A stretch of DNA of 64,000 bases from Bdellovibrionota bacterium (GTDB lineage: Bacteria > Bdellovibrionota_C > UBA2361 > JAAYZI01): positions 768,001-832,000 of the forward strand of contig JBMNIF010000002.1 in NCBI GenBank assembly GCA_050950765.1, written 5' to 3'. Position numbers and translations under genes: made by a program. The notes beneath the pieces are model-generated. The model searched no databases. It was not told the DNA's origin and was given only the letters and a program-made list of their open reading frames with translations. How positions within the stretch are numbered: the stretch's first letter is position 1; the number at the start of each line of letters is the position of its first letter. Positions 52,144 to 62,095 of the stretch are shown here, one piece after another.

Positions 52144-53108
52144 TTCGGATTTTGTGCAGTCGTTTTGAATTTTGAAAATAGGTTTTTTATCCAACATTTT
52201 TCGGGAGTTTTTTCATAGCAAGGCTCTATGTGTTGAAACATCCCGAGTAGTGAAATTTCAGAATCTGAATTAGAAATAAAGATCTTGGGGAGCTCTCTAC
52301 CGATAAAGAGAGGCGCTGTGTGGTTGATAATCTCCTCACGTAAAGTGGTGCGTGCTTTAGAATCTAAATTATCTGTCTCCACCCCGATAAGAACTCTCTC
52401 TGCAGAGAGGATGTCATCTTTTGAGTGTGCGGCAGTGTTTTGCGTGGTGGGGTGAGGGGTAGTTTCTGCTGTCGTTTCTTCGTCTTCTTTTTGTAAGGGG
52501 AGAGGTAGTTCAGATGGCTTTGTTTGAGCGACGTCTTCTACACCTAAGAAAAGCCGTTTTATGGAGGCGTTCTGTTTTGCTAATTTTTCTAAACACTCCT
52601 TTAAGCTCTGTTCTGAGTTTTTTGGAAGTGGAGTGATGGTTAACGGCATCTGTGCGATGGAGGCTTCTAATTCTTCGATGATAGCGGGGATGCCGGACGC
52701 TCCTCCACGCAAGATATCGATCTCCCATGGGGAGAGCTCTTTCTCTACATTTTGTCCAGAATTGACTGCAATCCACCAATCTTTCGGCATTCGTCCTAAG
52801 AGGACGGCACCACGCACTTTATCAAAAGAAAGGGGCATGCCGCACCACTCTTCAATATATTCAGAGTTTGAAAAAACAGGCACGACGACCCGTTCTTTAT
52901 CTTGCACACCTAAGATATTTAAAAACGGATTGGGGTAGGTAGGAGAATCTGAAAGTGGTTGCTCTTGAAAACGGTGCGGCACATATACAAAGGTATTTAT
53001 CAAAATAGAATAAAAGTTAGCAGCAGCTTCCATTGAACCTAAGGAGGCAGCATCCATAGCACCTTCCAGTTGAGTAGTTTCATTTTGTGCAGCTGTCTTC
53101 TGATCCAT
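52140..53108 (-). CDS. SseB-family protein
   Basis: FYSILINTFVYVP...VVPVFS...EW...IAVN.G...KEL.P.EI, resembling the SseB N-domain, followed by a second domain. Confidence 0.6.
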   Translation of the reverse strand: MDQKTAAQNETTQLEGAMDAASLGSMEAAANFYSILINTFVYVPHRFQEQPLSDSPTYPNPFLNILGVQDKERVVVPVFSNSEYIEEWCGMPLSFDKVRGAVLLGRMPKDWWIAVNSGQNVEKELSPWEIDILRGGASGIPAIIEELEASIAQMPLTITPLPKNSEQSLKECLEKLAKQNASIKRLFLGVEDVAQTKPSELPLPLQKEDEETTAETTPHPTTQNTAAHSKDDILSAERVLIGVETDNLDSKARTTLREEIINHTAPLFIGRELPKIFISNSDSEISLLGMFQHIEPCYEKTPEKCWIKNLFSKFKTTAQNPN

Positions 53109-53130
53109 TTTTGTTTCTGTCGTTTAAATA

Positions 53131-53164
53131 AATAACGCATCAACATTGATGCAGATGCGTTATT
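53131..53164 (-). terminator. intergenic hairpin downstream of skp
   Basis: AATAACGCATC / GATGCGTTATT 11-bp inverted repeat. Confidence 0.5.
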
Positions 53165-53185
53165 ATTAGAGGAGTCTGCGTAAGG

Positions 53186-53698
53186 CTACTCCTTTAACTC
53201 TTTAGCAATAATATTTGTAATATCAACTGCTTCATCACCATAAAGAAGGGGGCTAGTGCCCGTTGTGCCCTTATCTAAAACTAAGGAAATTTTATGAGAC
53301 TTAGCGTATTTTTCAACAACAGTGAGCACTTTACGTGTTAGCTCTTTGTTTACGGTCATAAATTTTTTATTAAAATCCTCCTGTACCTGTGCTGCCGTCT
53401 GCTCGTAATCTCTGATGGCTTTGCGTAAAGCATCAGCCTCTGCGGAATCAGGACCTTTTTTGGATGCTTTAAATTTCTTCTCAAGATCTTTTAACTTTTC
53501 TCGTTTTGAATCGATTGTTTTCTTTGAAGCTTCTCTAATCTTATCCAATTCGGCTTTCTTCTGTTTCGATTCCGGTAGGTTATTTATAAGTTTGTTGACA
53601 TCGATCGTTACAACACGGAAATCATCACATCGTGCGATATGTGGTGTGGTAACTGATACACTAAAAAGGAGTGTGAGAACTAAAATCTTTTTTAACAT
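53186..53698 (-). CDS. skp: OmpH/Skp periplasmic chaperone
   Basis: Signal peptide, VVTIDVNKLI...PESK, coiled coil, VEKYAK...LVLDK....LY.....DIT. Confidence 0.85.
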   Translation of the reverse strand: MLKKILVLTLLFSVSVTTPHIARCDDFRVVTIDVNKLINNLPESKQKKAELDKIREASKKTIDSKREKLKDLEKKFKASKKGPDSAEADALRKAIRDYEQTAAQVQEDFNKKFMTVNKELTRKVLTVVEKYAKSHKISLVLDKGTTGTSPLLYGDEAVDITNIIAKELKE

Positions 53699-53906
53699 AT
53701 AAAATCCTATGAATAACTTTTTTGTAGCGACTCCGCTAATGAGGTGCTTGAGATATCGGCAAAGTGCTTTACTTCAAGATAGTTATGTCATTTATATCTG
53801 AAAAACTCAATATAATACGGCTTTTCAGCGCGGGTCTTTTTTGTCTCTGAAAAATTTAAAGGGGTGTTGTTAAGATGGCAAGGTAGATTTTCGGCAAAAG
53901 GTGATA

Positions 53907-55475
53907 TTAAAAGTCTTTTAACTCATTTGGAATGCTACCTTTAACGATCGGTAGGTATTGGTTGAGCATTTCAACTGCCGTTCTAAAAACACGACGTGCT
54001 TCAAAAGGGACACTCTCATTATTTCCACAATCTGCATAGAGGAAAACATTAGTTTCGTAATTGGCATCAATTGGAGCCAAAGCAAAAGTTTTACTTCCGA
54101 AGGGAGAGGAGACATTTGCTTCAGTACCGAAAGAGAGGATCTTGGAAAGGCGTTGTGATAGTGGCGATAAGATATCATCTAACCGCAAATGTTGCCCGTT
54201 CGTTATGTTTGGTCCACGTGCAGCGACAACGATAGCGTACTTTTTATCTTTAGAAACAACGATTAGTGCTGATTTTTCAAAAAGGTCGATCTGAATAAGT
54301 TTTTCTAAGAGAGATGTAATTAACTCTTCACCGTTATCTATCCCTTGAAAAAGGGTGGTAATCTCACGGATTATCTTTTCACCACTCTTTGTTCGTAGAA
54401 AAATTTTAGGAGGCTCTGTTATCTGAAAACCATCACTACGAGCTTCTTTATCTTTTGAGATATTGTTCAGCCCGAAACTCTCTCCGATATCAAGGTCTTC
54501 AAAAGGATCCTTTTCAGGAGCTTCCTGCGCCACTTCTTCCGTAAGTAAGTCTGATTCAAAAAAGTGGGGGACATTAGGTGTTTTTGAACTTTCTTTTGCG
54601 AGAAGTAGATATTCTGTAACACGATCATAAATTTTTTCGTATTGCGACTCCCTAAATTTAAGTAATCTCAAGGTACTCTTCGAGGGAAGTGTCGTTTTTT
54701 TAGAGAGTTTTTCCCAAGCATCATTGTCAAAGGACTCAACCATTTCAACAGCAGCAAGGCAGATTAGCCTTATAACGAAACGATTTTCTTGTAATGGTTG
54801 CTCTCTGTCTAAAATAGAGGTGATCCTAGCGGGGACACCGTTCGTCTGTAAATAAGTATTGCGTACCGCCTCTACGTCAAAAGAGAAGCGCTTTACCAAT
54901 TGGTAATTGATTTTAGAAAAATTACCGTTAGCTTCATTGAAGATATTAATATATTCAGAATTGAAGATATCTAAAGCTAACATATTGCCAATAGGAGTAA
55001 GTACAGCTGCTGTTTGACACTCATCACTGTAATTTTGTGCTAAGACTTCAGCGATAATTCTGGCAACGATAGCGGCACGTCGTCCGTTATTTCTGAATTT
55101 TTCAAAAGTTTTGCGCACATCATCATCTTCATAAGGTGGACGATCAATTAATTCATTTAAGATCTCTTGAGTATAAATTGACCCCAAGCATGTGATGGCA
55201 GATTGTAAGGATGAAACGGTTGTAGCTCCGCTGGTAGATACCATGTTCGCTTTTTTTAAGATCTCAATAACCAAAACAGGGTCTTGGATAGCGCAAACAG
55301 CAAAATCTGAAACGCGGAAGTTCTTAGCACTGATCAACTTTCTAGCGGTACGCCAGACAACAGGATCTGGTGGAAAGGCCACCTTTAAGTACGCTTTGCC
55401 GATAGCGGAACGCACCCCTGTTATAGATGTTAAAGCTATGTTTTGTTGATTTTTAATATCGTCGTCTCTTGCCAT
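53907..55475 (-). CDS. HDOD-domain protein with C-terminal GAF-like region
   Basis: QDPVLVIEILKKAN...SSLQSAI..LG, AAIVARIIA, TAAVL..IG.L. Confidence 0.65.
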   Translation of the reverse strand: MARDDDIKNQQNIALTSITGVRSAIGKAYLKVAFPPDPVVWRTARKLISAKNFRVSDFAVCAIQDPVLVIEILKKANMVSTSGATTVSSLQSAITCLGSIYTQEILNELIDRPPYEDDDVRKTFEKFRNNGRRAAIVARIIAEVLAQNYSDECQTAAVLTPIGNMLALDIFNSEYINIFNEANGNFSKINYQLVKRFSFDVEAVRNTYLQTNGVPARITSILDREQPLQENRFVIRLICLAAVEMVESFDNDAWEKLSKKTTLPSKSTLRLLKFRESQYEKIYDRVTEYLLLAKESSKTPNVPHFFESDLLTEEVAQEAPEKDPFEDLDIGESFGLNNISKDKEARSDGFQITEPPKIFLRTKSGEKIIREITTLFQGIDNGEELITSLLEKLIQIDLFEKSALIVVSKDKKYAIVVAARGPNITNGQHLRLDDILSPLSQRLSKILSFGTEANVSSPFGSKTFALAPIDANYETNVFLYADCGNNESVPFEARRVFRTAVEMLNQYLPIVKGSIPNELKDF

Positions 55476-55727
55476 AGTTGAGAAATCTTAATCTTTACGT
55501 AATGAACCACCACTTTAAACGAGATCCTCGACGGGCAGATACGTTTAAAGTAAGCGCTATCGTTTATCGTTTGATGTTTTAAATTATAAGAACGGTGCGG
55601 TTTTTGGCGGTGCTTGTGATAGTCACAGAAGGATGCGTTCTTAGGCAGCGCTGAAGTTTTGTTTTAAATTTTACGTTAGCGATAAAATCTTAAATTAAAT
55701 TAGTAAGTTATTTTATCTTTTAAAGCT

Positions 55728-57452
55728 CTAATCGCGTAGCGGAGCGTAAATTGAGGGGCGTTTTGCATATTCAGCAGGTGTAATTTTAGAAGCGGTTTCA
55801 CGTAGCTGTTTCTGAATCTTGGCGCAGTCCTGATCTTGAATTTTGTGTGGAATGGCAGAGCACTCTTTAAAGAGTGTTAAACCGAGACAATTTTTAAGGC
55901 AGGCAACAACGTAGTGATTGGTTGGGAACTTTTTTCGTCCACCTTTAAAAATAGTGTTGTCAAAGGTGGCGCATACTTGCAGCTCAATTTTTGAACGTAC
56001 CTCTTTTAAGCGGCAGGCGGGGAAGATAATAAAATCGGTATCTGCGAGAAGTGTTTTACTGATATCGTTAGAGTCATCAATAAAGGCGGTGTAAGGTAGT
56101 AAGTCCAGTAGGAAAAATCTATTATAATCCGTTAGAGGTGTTTTCTTTAAAATCGACACTCCGTTTGGGGTAAGGAATGTAACTTTACCTACCCTTGTTT
56201 GAGGATCGTTTTTTTCTAAATGCGTTTTTATCTCAGCGCTAAGGATCTGAGCAACGTATCTCTCTTTTTTCGTAAGCACCTTATCTGCATTAGCAATAAT
56301 TTTTTTGGAAACTTGGAACGTTACTACGGCGAGGTAAGTTAAGAGGATCGCTTTCCACAGATAATTTAAAACCTTTTTCGGGGTTCTGTTTTTAAAGACA
56401 AAGGTGGCGATCTCACTTAAGAAAGCTGCTGCTGCTAAGCAGATGGCAGGATAAGACGGAATGATGTACCAGATCAATTTTGAACTTAGAAGTGAAAAAA
56501 GGATCACAGGGCATATCCCCCATGCAAATAAAAAGATCCAAGCCCCCTCTCTTTTGATTACTTTAAAGATCCAGTACACACTTAGGGGCCATATTAAAGA
56601 GAGTGGTAGTAGGCTACCTTTTAAAAATAATTCATTAAAATAGACTGCTTTTTTTGAAGCGTTGTGCAAGCCACTTCCTAATAAGCGTTGATAGATTTCA
56701 ACAACAAAGGTGTTATAAAAATCAGAGTAATAGTGTGTTAGCACATAGCAGATCCAGATACTGAACGGCACTATGCTAAAAACTGCTATAACGATGAACT
56801 CTTTATACCAGTTGCGGATAAGTTTTTTTAATGGAGTGCTTATAAGAAGGAAGAAGCACCAAGACATAATGGCATAAAGTCCCGCAACGTATTTTGTTAA
56901 TAAGGCTGCGGAAGTGATAACTCCGATTAAGATAGGAAGTTCTGCGGCAAACTTTGGAGAGACTTTTTTCCTCTCATAAAGGATCAGGAAGAGGTATAAG
57001 GAGATAGTAGTGCTTAAGAAGATGGAGCTATCTTGCACAGCCATTCTGGCACAGTGCCTAAGGAGGAATGTTTCGCTCCCTATTAAGAATAGAGTAGATA
57101 AAAAGCCGATTAGGGGAGACTTAAAAAGTTTTAAAGCGATAAGAAAGATAAAAACAAGTGATAGAGTTGAAAAAAGAGCATCAGGGAAGCGTAGCCAGAA
57201 AAGAGACGGCTCAAAAGTTTTAACTAGCGCTAAAGTCCCCCACATCTTTAGAGGCGGTTTGCTTAAGTAAGTGTGAGAGCGGAAGGTGGGATGGAGGAGA
57301 TCTCCCGTTAGGAGCATCTCTTTTATTACTGAAACGTGGATACTCTCATCACCAAAAAATAATTTAGCTTCTCCCAAGTTGTAGAAAAAGAAGAAGGCAG
57401 ATAAGAGTAGGATAAGTGTTAAAAATAATATTTTTGTAGTAAGTTTTTGCAT
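55728..57452 (-). CDS. ArnT/PMT-like (GT83/GT39) membrane glycosyltransferase
   Basis: GDE.IH...KEML.TGD.LHP.....YLSKPPLK.W, LRFPDA, LTKY, SKLIWYIIP.YPA. Confidence 0.85.
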   Translation of the reverse strand: MQKLTTKILFLTLILLLSAFFFFYNLGEAKLFFGDESIHVSVIKEMLLTGDLLHPTFRSHTYLSKPPLKMWGTLALVKTFEPSLFWLRFPDALFSTLSLVFIFLIALKLFKSPLIGFLSTLFLIGSETFLLRHCARMAVQDSSIFLSTTISLYLFLILYERKKVSPKFAAELPILIGVITSAALLTKYVAGLYAIMSWCFFLLISTPLKKLIRNWYKEFIVIAVFSIVPFSIWICYVLTHYYSDFYNTFVVEIYQRLLGSGLHNASKKAVYFNELFLKGSLLPLSLIWPLSVYWIFKVIKREGAWIFLFAWGICPVILFSLLSSKLIWYIIPSYPAICLAAAAFLSEIATFVFKNRTPKKVLNYLWKAILLTYLAVVTFQVSKKIIANADKVLTKKERYVAQILSAEIKTHLEKNDPQTRVGKVTFLTPNGVSILKKTPLTDYNRFFLLDLLPYTAFIDDSNDISKTLLADTDFIIFPACRLKEVRSKIELQVCATFDNTIFKGGRKKFPTNHYVVACLKNCLGLTLFKECSAIPHKIQDQDCAKIQKQLRETASKITPAEYAKRPSIYAPLRD

Positions 57453-57568
57453 CGGTTTTTTTTCGCCAAAAAGATCTTAAGCATCATGATATTAGTAGGC
57501 TTTATTTGCAAGTAAATTGAAGCTATGCTGATGACGTTTTTCCTAATTCTTAGCGGAGAATATAAGAG

Positions 57569-58852
57569 ATGAAAGCCCTTAAAAATCTATTTATCGTAGT
57601 GTCACTTATTCTGTTTTTAGCTTCTTGTAAAATATCAAAAAGAGATGAGAGCGATCAGATCGCTGAAGATGTAAAAAACCTAAAAACGCTACCGTATGCG
57701 GCAGCAGTTAACGTTGAAGATTCTTTTGAAGATGGTGTTAACCTATATAAAAAAGATAAAGTTTTTGCGGGGTATAATCTTTTTTGTTTAAGAAATACAG
57801 CCTATGCCTGTCTGTATGATCTCTCTGGGAAGTGTCTTAAACGGTGGCAAGTTGAAGATAAAAATAGCTTGGATTGGCAATATGTAGACCTTGATGCGGA
57901 TGGGAATCTATTTTTTCTTGAAAAGCCGATGGATACTGCCTCACGCGATGGGCGGCAGCCACTCCTTAACGCTTTAGGGAAGTTGGATAGAGAGAGCTCT
58001 TTATTGTGGTACGTTAAGGGACGTTTTCATCACGATTTTATCTTTATACCTGAAGGTCGAGTAATAACTTTTAGTCGTAAAGAGAGGCTTGTGCAGTGGC
58101 GAGGGGAGGAGGTGCCGATCCTTGATGATAAGATCTTAATTCTAGATAGTGCGACGGGGAAAACTTTAAAAGAGTTCTCGGTTTATGATCTATTGGGGAA
58201 TGATTACATCACGGATAAGCAGATTAAAAGGATAAAACGTCGCTCTGACTTTAATAAGATAGTAGCTGCGCTTAAGGCAAAGTCACAAGATATTTTGATT
58301 ATTAATGATACGGCGGGGGATGTTTTTCATATCAATTCGATACTTAGGATAGATAGAAAGATAGATGGATTTGCAGAGGCTGGAGATTTTTTAATCTCCG
58401 TTAGGGAGCCCAACTTAGTAGCTGTGCTAAAGGGGGATTTTAGTGGATTACGGTGGGAGGTGAGAGACGAGTTTAAAAAACAACATCAACCTTCTCTGTT
58501 AGAGAATGATAATATCCTTGTTTTTGATAATAAATGGAAAGACGGTTTTTCAAGGGTAGTTGAGTTTGATGTGCATTCAAAAAAAGTTGTTTGGCAATAT
58601 GCAGCAGATAAGCCTAATGTATTTTTTAGTGGAACACGTGGCGGAGCGCAGAACCTTCCGAACGGAAATGTTTTTGTAGCAAATAGTAATCAGGGGCAAC
58701 TTTTTGAGGTTACAAGAGAGGGTGAGCTTGTTTGGCGTTATCTGAGCCCTACTTGGCAGAAAGGACGAAGGAAGATGCGTATCGCTATTTATAGAGCGAG
58801 ACGATTTTCTAAAGGAGAGGTAAAAAGCTTGTTCCCAGAGTTGGAGTTGTAG
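57569..58852 (+). CDS. arylsulfotransferase (ASST)-family lipoprotein
   Basis: Lipobox LFLASC; FHHD, D.FHINS, QHQP, LVFDN, GGAQNLPNGNVFV, FEVT.EG..VW.Y, YRA.R. Confidence 0.8.
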   Translation: MKALKNLFIVVSLILFLASCKISKRDESDQIAEDVKNLKTLPYAAAVNVEDSFEDGVNLYKKDKVFAGYNLFCLRNTAYACLYDLSGKCLKRWQVEDKNSLDWQYVDLDADGNLFFLEKPMDTASRDGRQPLLNALGKLDRESSLLWYVKGRFHHDFIFIPEGRVITFSRKERLVQWRGEEVPILDDKILILDSATGKTLKEFSVYDLLGNDYITDKQIKRIKRRSDFNKIVAALKAKSQDILIINDTAGDVFHINSILRIDRKIDGFAEAGDFLISVREPNLVAVLKGDFSGLRWEVRDEFKKQHQPSLLENDNILVFDNKWKDGFSRVVEFDVHSKKVVWQYAADKPNVFFSGTRGGAQNLPNGNVFVANSNQGQLFEVTREGELVWRYLSPTWQKGRRKMRIAIYRARRFSKGEVKSLFPELEL

Positions 58853-58975
58853 TGTTTGTTGTTGCTTGAAGTGGTTTTGTGCAGGTTAAAAATTTCCGGA
58901 AATGGAGTTATAATTGTTGTGTTTGTTGCTTGGAGTGCTTTTGTATAGGTTAAAAATTTTTGGGGTTATAGTGTC
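58843..58975 (+). repeat. degenerate ~60-bp tandem duplication overlapping the stop codon
   Basis: GGAGTT.TA....TTGTTGCTTG.AGTG.TTTTGT..AGGTTAAAAATTT occurs twice. Confidence 0.6.
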
Positions 58976-59125
58976 TTTTAGAGATTAATTCCTTATTAAG
59001 TGGGGGAGAGTAGATAACTTTAACCTTGTATTATAGATAGGTATTTCAAGTTGTTGCGTAAGAAAAGCGCTCGCTTTAGATCCTCCTTTCAATATTTAAA
59101 ATATTAAAAAATAAATTAAAAACCC

Positions 59126-59153
59126 TTAAGTTTTTTCATAAGGTAGCCGATCT
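59126..59153 (+). promoter_or_regulatory. sigma28 (FliA/SigD)-type promoter
   Basis: TTAA-GTTTTTTCATAAGGTA(16)-GCCGATCT. Confidence 0.7.
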
Positions 59154-59221
59154 CAGTCAGGGATTGATATCTCTCTATTGAAATTAAAGTGCTGAGATTA
59201 GTTTGTTTGTTAAGGGTTTAG

Positions 59222-61819
59222 ATGAATAAAGAATACTTAAAAGATATTAGGGTAGGTTTTGCTGATAGAGGGAGAGCTTTTTGTGTCTGTTTAAATGTTA
59301 TGCAGTTAAATGTTATGCAGATACTTTTTATCTCGGTGCTCCTCTCTTTTATTATCCTGTTTTTTACAAACATTGCTCTCTCTCAAACAGTTACAGCAGG
59401 GTCGCTACAATCAGTAAGTGCTGGGGCAAATCATACCTGCGGCATAACAACAGATAGTAATAAAAATGTATACTGTTGGGGAAGTAATGAGTTTGGACGG
59501 TTAGGAAATGGAAGTGCGGTTGATAGTTCAGTGCCGGTAAAAGTAAAGGGGGGAGGACAGGGGGGAGCTTTTTTAAATGGGGTAAGTCAAGTTGCAGCGG
59601 GGTATTATCATACTTGTGCTGTTACAACAGGTGGAGAGCTCTACTGTTGGAAGGGTAGTTGTATAGGGTGTGGAAGCACTCCTGTTAGAGTTTTAAAAGG
59701 GGAACAAGAAAGTTCTGGCACATATTTAGAAGATATAAGTCAAGTTTCTGCTGGAAGTCAGCATACCTGTGCTGTTACAACGGGTGGAGAGCTTTACTGT
59801 TGGGGAAGTAATCTTTATGGGCAATTAGGAATCGGTTCTAAAGGCTCTGGAGGAAGACCTACTAGAGTTTTAAAAGGGGAACAAGGAAGCTCTGGCTTAT
59901 ATTTAGAAGATATAAGTCAAGTTTCTGCTGGATATGGGCATACCTGTGCCATAACAACAGGTGGGGAGGTTTATTGTTGGGGTTGGAATAATTACGGACA
60001 ATTAGGGATTGATTCTACGGAAAATCAAAGCACTCCTGTTAGGGTTTTAAAGGGAGAGCAAGAAAGTACCTGCTTATATTTAGAAGATATAAATCAAGTT
60101 TCCGCTGGAGGTAATCACTCTTGTGCTGTAACAGGAGGTAGAGAGGTTTACTGTTGGGGATGGAATCGTGTTGGACAGTTGGGGATTAATTCTGCGCTTA
60201 ATCAAAGTATTCCTGTAAGGGTTTTAAAAGGGGAGCAGGCAAGCTCTGAAATATATTTAGAAGATATAAGTCAAGTTTCTGCTGGAAGTCAGCATACCTG
60301 TGCTGTTACAACGGGTGGAGAGCTTTACTGTTGGGGAATGAATTCTCAAGGTCAGTTGGGAATCAATTCTACGTTAGATCAAACTACTCCTGTTAGGGTT
60401 TTAAAGGGAGCGCAAACGGGGAATGATACATATTTAGAAAATATAAGTCAAGTTACTATCGGATTTCTTTCTCTCTGCGCAGTAACAACAGGTGGGGAGC
60501 TTTACTGTTGGGGGAGTAATTTTAAGGGACGATTAGGAGATGGGACAACCACGAATCGTTCAGTGCCCGCTAAAATTTTCGATGGCTCTGGATCTGCGCC
60601 GTGTCAAAATGCCTGTTGTGCGCACTGGGGTTATGAAAATGTAGGAGAGGTTTGCTCCGCTGAGAGGATGTTTGATTGTTACGGAGCAGCAGGAGATTAT
60701 AGTGTAGTTTGTGGGAAAGATATCCCCAGCTGTTACGGAGATGCTAGGTATAATCAGATAGGGCAGTTTTGTACAACAGGTAGCGGAAACTGCATAGCCG
60801 CAGGCGATTATACCTGTTCCGGATCATCTCCTGATTCTTCCGTAGTGTGTGGCATTACTAATGTTGCACCATCTTGTTGCGAAGATGCGCTCTTTAGCAG
60901 AATCGGTAGCGCCTGTTCTAAAATAAATGGTAACTGTACTGCTACGGGTACGTACGTTTGTAGCGGTACTGAAACAGGTAGTAGTGTCAGGTGTAATATT
61001 ACTAATAATGGCGCTGCTTGCTGTGCTGATCCAAATTATATGTTACTAGGTACAGAGTGTTATAGCGGAGAGGGTGTTTGTAGAAGCGCAGGCACTTATA
61101 TCTGTGGAGGTTCTCTTACAAATAGCAATATAGTATGTAATGCAGTTCCGAACCTAGCTAATGCAGTTCTTGAAAATACAGAAGCTCTCTGTACAGATGG
61201 GCTTGATAATGATTGCGACGGTTTGCCAGATGAACTAGATCCTGATTGTGACCTCTGCCCTCTTGATAATAACAAATTATTCCCAGGGGTTTGTGGCTGC
61301 GGCATAGCTGATATTGATAAAAATCGTAATGGCATCATAGATTGTCTTGATCCGAAGTTACCAGCGGCAAAGATAAATAGTATCGTTACTAAAGAGACAG
61401 AGCCTATTAAGCCGCGAGTAGATGTGGTGAGGAGAAAGGTTATCGTTTATATGCAACGTTTTAACCGCGCAGAGTTACAAAACTTAAATATTGCAAATAA
61501 GTATGCTCGTAAGAAGGGTAGAAGAAATAAAAAGAGAGGTGATAAGATTACCTTTAAGTATGAAGTCTCTATGAGGTTAATCTCCGCCAATAAGATAACC
61601 AGTAAGAAAAATACAAATCGTACTAGGAAAAAGGTGCGCTCCCCTATCTCGAAACATAATAAGGTAGTCCTTAAGAAACAACGGAGAGGAGTCTACGAAG
61701 TTAAATACAGAATTAAGATTTATAAAAATGGTAAGTTTTTAAAGAACACAGAGTGGAGTGGTACTAGAAGAGTTGCGGTTCCGAAAAGAATAGTCTTCCC
61801 AAGGAGACCTAACTTGTAA
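59222..61819 (+). CDS. secreted RCC1-repeat protein with Cys-rich modules and basic C-terminal domain
   Basis: Seven RCC1 blades, CQNACCAHW cap, [31 protein letters not shown]-rich C-terminus. Paralogue of the giant gene. Confidence 0.9.
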   Translation: MNKEYLKDIRVGFADRGRAFCVCLNVMQLNVMQILFISVLLSFIILFFTNIALSQTVTAGSLQSVSAGANHTCGITTDSNKNVYCWGSNEFGRLGNGSAVDSSVPVKVKGGGQGGAFLNGVSQVAAGYYHTCAVTTGGELYCWKGSCIGCGSTPVRVLKGEQESSGTYLEDISQVSAGSQHTCAVTTGGELYCWGSNLYGQLGIGSKGSGGRPTRVLKGEQGSSGLYLEDISQVSAGYGHTCAITTGGEVYCWGWNNYGQLGIDSTENQSTPVRVLKGEQESTCLYLEDINQVSAGGNHSCAVTGGREVYCWGWNRVGQLGINSALNQSIPVRVLKGEQASSEIYLEDISQVSAGSQHTCAVTTGGELYCWGMNSQGQLGINSTLDQTTPVRVLKGAQTGNDTYLENISQVTIGFLSLCAVTTGGELYCWGSNFKGRLGDGTTTNRSVPAKIFDGSGSAPCQNACCAHWGYENVGEVCSAERMFDCYGAAGDYSVVCGKDIPSCYGDARYNQIGQFCTTGSGNCIAAGDYTCSGSSPDSSVVCGITNVAPSCCEDALFSRIGSACSKINGNCTATGTYVCSGTETGSSVRCNITNNGAACCADPNYMLLGTECYSGEGVCRSAGTYICGGSLTNSNIVCNAVPNLANAVLENTEALCTDGLDNDCDGLPDELDPDCDLCPLDNNKLFPGVCGCGIADIDKNRNGIIDCLDPKLPAAKINSIVTKETEPIKPRVDVVRRKVIVYMQRFNRAELQNLNIANKYARKKGRRNKKRGDKITFKYEVSMRLISANKITSKKNTNRTRKKVRSPISKHNKVVLKKQRRGVYEVKYRIKIYKNGKFLKNTEWSGTRRVAVPKRIVFPRRPNL

Positions 61820-61821
61820 GA

Positions 61822-61853
61822 AGTTTTTTAAAAGCGGAAGCTTTTAAAAAACT
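61822..61853 (+). terminator. perfect hairpin, probable terminator
   Basis: AGTTTTTTAAAAGC-GGAA-GCTTTTAAAAAACT: 14-bp stem with GNRA loop, immediately after the stop codon. Confidence 0.7.
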
Positions 61854-61888
61854 GTCTATCTTGGGGGAAAGTTGGGAAGTTGGCGTTC

Positions 61889-61991
61889 GGAGATGAACGC
61901 CCCTAGTTTTAGGGGTGGGAGCGTCTGATGGTGTAAATATACAATATCACGGGGGAGATGAACGCCCCTAGTTTTAGGGGTGGGAGCGTCT
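61889..61991. repeat. repeat-spacer-repeat unit (two identical 38-bp hairpin repeats, 27-bp unique spacer); CRISPR-like mini-array or REP pair
   Basis: GGAGATGAACGCCCCTAGTTTTAGGGGTGGGAGCGTCT at 61889-61926 and 61954-61991; no cas gene in the window. Confidence 0.8.
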
Positions 61992-62095
61992 AGTTGCCAA
62001 TTTAATTTATACAGATTCAGCTATATTTAATAAGAAACACCTATAAAAAGGTGACACTAAAAACCAAAAAAAGTAACTACAAGGGTAAAAAAACC

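Noticed and set aside
53753..53780. sigma28 promoter upstream of skp (GCCGATAT on minus strand)
   Set aside because: No TAAA-like -35 at 15-16 nt spacing.
59222..59270. Type IV pilin-like (PilD) cleavage site at VGF|A
   Set aside because: It is followed by charged residues rather than the hydrophobic helix with Glu+5.
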